Notes under the pieces: model-generated
Databases searched by the model: none
Told to the model about the DNA's origin: nothing
Seen by the model: only the letters and a program-made list of their open reading frames with translations
Shown: piece after piece, positions 60,801 through 64,000 of the stretch
Numbering within the stretch: the stretch's first letter is position 1
How the letters are laid out: every line of letters begins with the position of its first letter
Program-made: the position numbers and the translations under genes
Assembly (NCBI GenBank): GCA_905178155.1
Contig: CAJINV010000003.1
Span: forward strand, 6,877,612-6,941,611
Direction: 5' to 3'
Length of the DNA stretch: 64,000 bases
From: Amoebophrya sp. A120
Lineage: Eukaryota; Protista; Dinoflagellata

Positions 60801-63800
60801 CCCTCATTGTTGTTGTTCTTCTGTCTATCCCACGAAAAAGCTGCTTCACTGTGATCATTTTGCAAGATCAGCATCACAAGTTTCTATCTATACACATGAC
60901 AGAAAAAATTTGCCATGCGCGCTTCCAAAGGGAAAACACACTTCAAGAGTCAAGATGGTCTTGCTGCGGGTATAGGAGCAAGACAAAGAAATAGTTATAG
61001 TTCTGCGTTCCATTTTATGCTGCGTCACAAGTTCAGAGTGAAACAGTTTTTTCTTGCGATAGTCTTGATACCACTGGTCCAGGTGTCTTCTCGCATCCGG
61101 GTTGCGGCAGTAGTTTCCGACCATCTTTTTCAGCTGGCCATCCATACTGCCAAGACCGGTTTCCGTCGCATTGAAATACACGTCCCCAAGACTCTGCGCT
61201 TCGGCCCAGCTCCGACACTGCTTTCCGGATTCGGTGACGGCCTGGCACCCTCGATAATTTGTCGATGTCGTTCGCCGCCATTCGTCACAACCGAACGCGT
61301 TGGCGTTGCAACAAGTGGCGCCGATCTTTTGGAAGGCCACCTCGCCGGTGGCGGCATCCACGAGCTGTGGCGATCCGTTGGGAAGGCAGCGAAAGTTGAG
61401 CAGCATGCCACCCAGCACCAAGCTCTTTGGGAGTGGCGGCGGGGGCCGCTCCACAGGACTAAACAGCACCAAGCCGTTCGGCTCGTCCATCCTCCCATCC
61501 CACTCAGGCTCGCAGTTCTCGAACAAAACGCAGCAGCGATGGTTGACGTGCGTGAGTACTACGTGTCCCCAGGGAAACAACGCGAACGCGTTGCAACGGG
61601 CGCCCGTGAGGACGCCATCAGGCGAATGATCCTGCGCATTCATTCCGAGACAGGCTTGGTTGCAGGTTGACCAGGAAACAAAGAAATCGTCCGGGTTCGG
61701 TCCGCGAAGAAGGTCGGTTTCCCCAGAAATCGGAAGGTTCCTCGTTTCGGTTTTGACTGTGCTGCCACCCGTTATTATTTGGTGCGCACACTTCCCACGC
61801 CGGCCCCACCGAGGTGTGGAATCGTTTATTCTGCGACACCGGGTACCACCAGGTAGGATCGTAGCTGGTAAATCTGGGGCGGGGATGTGCAGCAACTTTT
61901 TGGGCAATGTGTAGAAGGCCATCTGCGCGTAAAGATGCTCCGCCGCAGCATGCGACAGCCTGTGTTCCAGCTCACAGGTTCGGGTAGAATATACAATGCA
62001 GCAGGTAGCGCTCAAGCCTTGGCCTTTGGGCGACCACGTTCCTGGAACGTCGTCCCCTCGTTCGGCAGCGTCTGAAGTGCGCTCGTACCTCGGATAGGGG
62101 GGCGTCCATACAGCAAAAACGCCGCAGCCCTGCGTTGCTGCACAGCGAGCTGCGCAGCTTTCCTGCGATACCCGAAAGTTCGGGTCCCGCTGTGCGGGAG
62201 AGCCCTCGAAAAAAAGCGTGGCCTCCGTTCCTCGATCGTGCACTGCATTTAGATGGTAGTGGTCCGCAGTCACGTCTGATGTATCCAGGATGTCCGCCTG
62301 GCCGTCGCACGGACCTAGCAGTACGGATTCTGCGTTTTTTTTGCAACGAAATCCGCGCATGGACGGCACGTAATCGATCACCGGGTGTGCCTGAGTCGCA
62401 AATCGTGGCGCCGCGTCCTTGCGACGTCGGCAGTGAATCTCCAAGGAGGGACCCGAGGGGCGCGAGGTCAGCGATCCGGGCGCGCAAGCGGAGTAGAGAG
62501 CACAACCGTTTTGATTCTGCCACAGGAAGTAGTTGCAACTCCGAGAACGCGTACACGCAGCTGCGCACGCGCGTTTACTTTCGACGTGGGTCGCGTCTGC
62601 AGTCGGCCAGTTCGCAGAACCCAATACGTCCAAGTGTAGCATCTGCGGGACGGGACACCTTTGCTCTGCAATGACCAATTCGTACTGCAGGTCGCTGCAG
62701 ACGTCGGGCTCCACGGGCGGGGCGGAAGAGAGGAGAATGCGAGCACTCTTCGTGGTAGATGTTGTAGAAACCACGCCGGGGTTGGCGTCCTGCTCTGCCT
62801 CAGTAGTTTCATCAGCGTCTTCGTCTTCACCAGTCGCAGTCGCGTCAGTGGCCACGTCCAGCACCTCCTGCGGTACGGCGGTCACACCAAATGCGCCGAT
62901 GCGCGAAGTGCCGTCTTTCAGGAGGTCGCTGAAGAGCGTCGACCAGAGGCGGTTCGGGTGAAATGAGTTGTCTGGCTGGTAATCCTCCGCTCTATATGCA
63001 TTGCAAATATGTCTGGCTCTGGAGGGTTGCAACTTGAACTTGTGATGCTATCTCTGGATTCTATTCTATAAAAAAATCTGTATTGCATGACGAGCAACAA
63101 GAGCGGTCCAGTTTGTGCTACGCGTATCGTATCGCATCGCTTTGACATTTGACTCCTGTCAGGGTGGCGCTAGAACAGATTTAGCCTCTGCCAATGCCGT
63201 GGCGTTAGAACAGATTTAGCCTCTGCCAATGCCCCTAGGTGGGCACCCGTTCCACGTCCTACAGATACCACCCGACCGCATCCGCCGAACCGTTTCCGAT
63301 TTCTTACGCGTGCGTACGGCCAGTGGGCGCTAGATGTGGCTGACCTGCTTTACCATCCAAGCCCGCGAGCAAGGTGGAGCTCCAGCGTTGCCTTGTTGGG
63401 TTATTCTTACAAACTTGGAACGCTACTGCTTTTGTGGTCGGTTGCGCGCTAGATATAGGCATTTTTCATGCGGAGTAGGCATCACGGAGCCGTCTAAAAA
63501 TCTGTGACGCTACGTCATGCATTACAGGCGTTATGGGTCGTCATGGAAAATCTGCATGACAAGTCTTGCAACCACCTTCCAGACCCAGACATGTTTGCAT
63601 TTGATACTCTAGTGAAATGCCACACGTCTTCATCGTTGAACGAAATTCGCACCACCGATTCCCCGAGAACACCGTCAGACTGCACTGCGATCACCACTTC
63701 TTGTTGCGAAGGCAACCTGAACTTCTGGCCAGCGGACGTTGACGTCGGGTGGTCCCTGTAGTATGTGACTTCCTGTGCGGTTTCCGTATGTGTCGACCCC

Positions 63801-64000
63801 GCACGACTGCAGGTGAAGAATGCACGCCCACTGTGGCCGAAGTAGTACATGAAGTCTTCGAGGGCGTGCGGGTCGTACCCTGCTGTGTTCGCCAGGTCAA
63901 CACTGGCGTCTGCAAAGGCGCTCTGCTCATCACGGTATCTTTGCACATACACGGAAAACGGACCTGGATGGAGCCGGATACGAATCTCGCGCCAGGCGTA
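21809..64000 (-). CDS. Giant Cys-rich multidomain surface/adhesin-like protein (kringle, PAN/apple, EGF-like, NHL repeats, C-terminal TM); 5'-truncated; 38 exons, about 8,567 aa in window
   Basis: Exon blocks (including DR copies): 63607-64000, 61062-62994, 60749-60825, 57519-60513, 56492-56546, 55250-56145, 53953-54257, 52204-53643, 50619-51948, 47151-50333, 45072-46862, 43346-43384, 42255-43035, 41645-41841, 40664-41127, 38444-40358, 37770-38293, 37452-37507, 36899-37170, 36535-36587, 36345-36398, 34171-35480, 32322-34020, 31152-31913, 30753-30818, 29668-30421, 29458-29500, 29101-29207, 28726-28825, 27991-28313, 27799-27840, 27179-27526, 26974-27028, 26550-26702, 26198-26251, 25778-25881, 22183-23316, 21809-21889. 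All 37 junctions were translated by hand and stay in frame. Spliced total is 25,704 nt (divisible by 3), ending ...PPSGANKKT*. Confidence 0.85.
21890..22182. mobile_element. TIR intron element, family A
   Basis: catcaaatgcaaatatgtctgg...ccagacatattttttgcaatgcgta; DR actgg/actgg. Confidence 0.85.
23050..23115 (-). other. Predicted transmembrane helix of the giant protein
   Basis: LELIGAYAGYGGILVLLLTLW followed by a long disordered tail. Confidence 0.6.
23317..25777. mobile_element. TIR intron element, family A ends, with about 2.2 kb of unexplained cargo
   Basis: tatgcattgcaaacatgt...cccagacataatatttgccatgcata; DR tcacg/tcacc; join gives VVWQVNPVY. Confidence 0.8.
25882..26197. mobile_element. 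TIR intron element, family A (diverged)
   Basis: tatgcattgcaaatatccctg...cagggatccgtttgcaatccata; DR tcaac/tcaag. Confidence 0.8.
26252..26549. mobile_element. TIR intron element, family A
   Basis: tatcaaatgcaaacgcgtctgggtctgga...tctagacccagcagaccacgtaattgcaatgcata; DR gtccg/gtctg. Confidence 0.85.
26703..26973. mobile_element. TIR intron element, family C
   Basis: tatcatgtgtaaaaacgtcctcacctcccc...ggggaggagacgtttttagttaggata; DR cgccc/cgccc. Confidence 0.85.
27029..27178. mobile_element. TIR intron element, family B (150 bp)
   Basis: tatcctgtgcaaaagcatcg...cgatacttttgcagttcgta; DR gtagt/gtagt. Confidence 0.9.
27527..27798. mobile_element. TIR intron element, family D
   Basis: About 39-bp TIR tatggcgttctcaactgttacattctc...; DR tcgtg/tcgtg. 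Confidence 0.9.
27841..27990. mobile_element. TIR intron element, family B (150 bp)
   Basis: tatcctgtgcaaaagtatcgtact...agtacgatacttttgcagttcata; DR gggcg/gggcg. Confidence 0.9.
28314..28725. mobile_element. TIR intron element, family E
   Basis: tatggaagcctcag...ctgaggctttcata; DR cggcg/cggcg. Confidence 0.85.
28826..29100. mobile_element. TIR intron element, family G
   Basis: tatgcacgaaaaaaac...gtttttttcctggata; DR cacga/aacga. Confidence 0.8.
29208..29457. mobile_element. TIR intron element, family G
   Basis: tatcccatgaaaaaagtgctc...gagcacttttttcccatgata; DR ttcgc/ttcgc. Confidence 0.88.
29501..29667. mobile_element. TIR intron element, family B
   Basis: tatgcaatgcaaaagtatcgtac...gtacgatactttcgcaattcata; DR ctcgc/ctcgc. 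Confidence 0.9.
30422..30752. mobile_element. TIR intron element, family A
   Basis: tatcaaatgcaaatatgtctggg...gacatatttgcaatgcata; DR gcagc/gaagc. Confidence 0.87.
30819..31151. mobile_element. TIR intron element, family C
   Basis: tatcgtaagcaaaaaccctccctcc...ggagggggagtttttccttttgata; DR gccac/gccac. Confidence 0.85.
31914..32321. mobile_element. TIR intron element, singleton family
   Basis: tatgcaagggaagtgggtggtttt...aaaatcactcacttccctgcgata; DR decayed (acagg/gcgaa); element+5 is in frame. Confidence 0.75.
34021..34170. mobile_element. TIR intron element, family B (150 bp, opposite orientation to 27841)
   Basis: tataaattgcaaaagtaacgtact...agtacgatacttttgcacaggata; DR ggcga/ggcga. Confidence 0.9.
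35481..36344. mobile_element. TIR intron element, family D (opposite orientation to 27527), with nested ~600-bp insert
   Basis: tatggcgttctcaa...ttgagaatgccata; DR cgagg/cgagg. Confidence 0.88.
36399..36534. mobile_element. TIR intron element, family B
   Basis: tatgcattgcaaaagtatcgcactcgta...tacgagtacgatacttttgcacaggata; DR cagca/cagca. Confidence 0.9.
36588..36898. mobile_element. TIR intron element, family F
   Basis: tatggaagcgtcaggtttcaaatcgacaaagttgaaat...atttcaactttgacgatttcgatcctgacacatccata; DR ggacc/ggacc. Confidence 0.9.
37171..37451. mobile_element. TIR intron element, family G
   Basis: tatgccacgaaaaaactgcctcac...gtgagtcagttttttcttgcgata; DR ggggc/ggggt. Confidence 0.85.
37508..37769. 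mobile_element. TIR intron element, family A
   Basis: tatcaaatgcaaaagtgtctgggtctggaaga...tcttccagacccagacatttttacatttgata; DR ccctc/ccctc. Confidence 0.92.
38294..38443. mobile_element. TIR intron element, family B (150 bp)
   Basis: tatgcattgcaaaagtatcgcactcgtataaatgca...tgcatttatacgagtacgatacttttgcacaggata; DR ttggc/ttggc. Confidence 0.92.
40359..40663. mobile_element. TIR intron element, family A
   Basis: tatcaaatgtaaatatgtctgggtctgg...ccagacccagacatatttgcagtggata; DR ccggc/gcggc. Confidence 0.9.
41128..41644. mobile_element. TIR intron element, family C-like (degenerate)
   Basis: tatcgcacagaaa...tttctgagcgata; DR cttgc/gcagc; join SDCC|WFKSNYNLKEAYDYRID matches the internal paralog SVCCLFRR...KVAHDWRTD. 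Confidence 0.75.
41842..42254. mobile_element. TIR intron element, family F
   Basis: tatgggagtgtcaggagcgaaatcg...cgatttcaatcctgacactttcata; DR decayed (gcgtt/atatt); in frame. Confidence 0.85.
43036..43345. mobile_element. TIR intron element, family F
   Basis: tatgggggtgtcaggatcgaaatcgtcaaagttgaaata...tatttcaactttgacgatttcagttctgacgcttccata; DR ccacc/ccacc. Confidence 0.92.
43503..45039 (+). mobile_element. Helitron-like non-autonomous insertion
   Basis: Inserted between A and T with no TSD (host gcaa|tttatact is restored on removal); ends in CTAG after an imperfect hairpin (ggatcacagtgcc); 5' end is TT rather than TC. Confidence 0.55.
43891..44260. repeat. GC-rich minisatellite, about 12 x 30 bp, arranged as a 60-bp dimer
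   Basis: Alternating cccggggcggctcaaggcgccgcggtccat / cccggcgcggtcaaaggcgccgcggccaat. Confidence 0.95.
46863..47150. mobile_element. TIR intron element, family A
   Basis: tatccagtacaaatgtgtctgggtctg...ccagacacagacatatttgcaatgaata; DR gccag/gccag. Confidence 0.9.
50334..50618. mobile_element. TIR intron element, family A
   Basis: tatggattgcaaaagtgtctgggtctggaaga...tcttccagacccagacatatttgcagttgata; DR cggat/cggat. Confidence 0.92.
51949..52203. mobile_element. TIR intron element, family G
   Basis: tatcacacggaaaaaaa...tttttcttcgctgtgata; DR ttgca/ttgca. Confidence 0.82.
52940..53603 (-). other. NHL-repeat region of the giant protein
   Basis: PRGLAITDGVVFVSEYGAHRI; YPTDIVIHNGYLWITDSGNHRIV; LRQPRRLAFQPGTDILYVADAGNQRVL. 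Confidence 0.8.
53644..53952. mobile_element. TIR intron element, family G
   Basis: tatcccgagaaaaaagcgttaca...tgcaacacttttttccttgcata; DR decayed (acttc/aacca); element+5 is in frame. Confidence 0.75.
54258..55249. mobile_element. TIR intron element, family A, carrying a nested element
   Basis: tatcctttgcaaacatgtctgggtc...gactcagacatagttgctgtacgcgta; DR gtggc/gtggc. Confidence 0.85.
54476..55197. mobile_element. Non-autonomous GC-rich element, copy 2 (Helentron/HINE-like ends)
   Basis: gtagtgaggtca (54496)...tgacctcactac (55191), hairpin ccgcctcagcgg, same gacctcactacatacta end as 18201-18924. Confidence 0.75.
56146..56491. mobile_element. TIR intron element, family A
   Basis: tatccactggaaataatatccctgggtctggaa...ttccagacccagatgtgcttgttcttgcatttgata; DR cctcg/cctcg. 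Confidence 0.87.
56694..56785. repeat. A-rich microsatellite (aaaagct/aaaagt)n
   Basis: Tandem 6-7-bp units visible directly. Confidence 0.8.
57006..57209. repeat. Three 40-bp palindromes in tandem units
   Basis: gcccgccatcagttcgcta-ta-tagcgaactgatggcaggc and variants at 57006, 57105 and 57171. Confidence 0.92.
60514..60748. mobile_element. TIR intron element, family G
   Basis: tatcaaataaaaaag...ctttttttattccata; DR ccaga/ccaga; join gives TLW|CYV. Confidence 0.85.
60826..61061. mobile_element. TIR intron element, family G
   Basis: tatcccacgaaaaagctgcttcac...gtgaaacagttttttcttgcgata; DR decayed (sense AAGAC/GACAG); element+5 is in frame. Confidence 0.8.
62995..63606. mobile_element. TIR intron element, family A, with nested ~330-bp insert
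   Basis: tatgcattgcaaatatgtctggctctgga...ttccagacccagacatgtttgcatttgata; DR ctcta/ctcta. Confidence 0.9.

Larger units (their letters stand above)
60430..61270 (-). other. Kringle domain of the giant protein, split by two TIR introns
   Basis: NYRGCQAVTESGKQCRSW...GL...NYCRNPD...TLWCYV...WERC after splicing. Confidence 0.8.

Noticed and set aside
27029-63606. Recurring peptides such as YPVQKYRTR, IKCKYVWVWK and LPDPDIFAFD read as a protein repeat family
   Set aside because: They are read-through translations of the element TIRs at ORF ends and occur in all frames and on both strands
21890-63606. Ciliate-type IES interpretation
   Set aside because: Paramecium-type IESs are short, AT-rich and TA-flanked. 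Here the DRs are variable 5-mers and ORFs end at standard TAA/TAG/TGA stops. DNA-level excision is not formally excluded.

Overview
Eukaryotic, gene-dense DNA with every recognisable gene on the minus strand. The features fit an alveolate, probably an Amoebophrya-like dinoflagellate parasite (inference). The left third holds a secreted beta-propeller gene, an ExoIII/APE1-family AP endonuclease, an intronless glutamate 5-kinase (ProB with PUA domain) and a poorly resolved multi-exon gene. The right two-thirds (21809 to beyond 64000) is one giant 5'-truncated gene with 38 exons and about 8,567 aa in the window. It encodes a Cys-rich kringle/PAN/EGF/NHL protein with a C-terminal hydrophobic helix. 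All 37 of its introns are MITE-like elements with TAT...ATA-type ends, terminal inverted repeats (TIRs) and a 5-bp direct repeat (DR). Removing element + 5 nt by hand restored the reading frame at all 37 junctions, and only 3 can be read as GT-AG. At least 7 TIR families occur, some in both orientations, and several carry nested Helitron-like, Helentron/HINE-like, satellite or flip-flop hairpin cargo. No transposase was recognised. Coordinates were read by eye and may be off by 1-2 nt.
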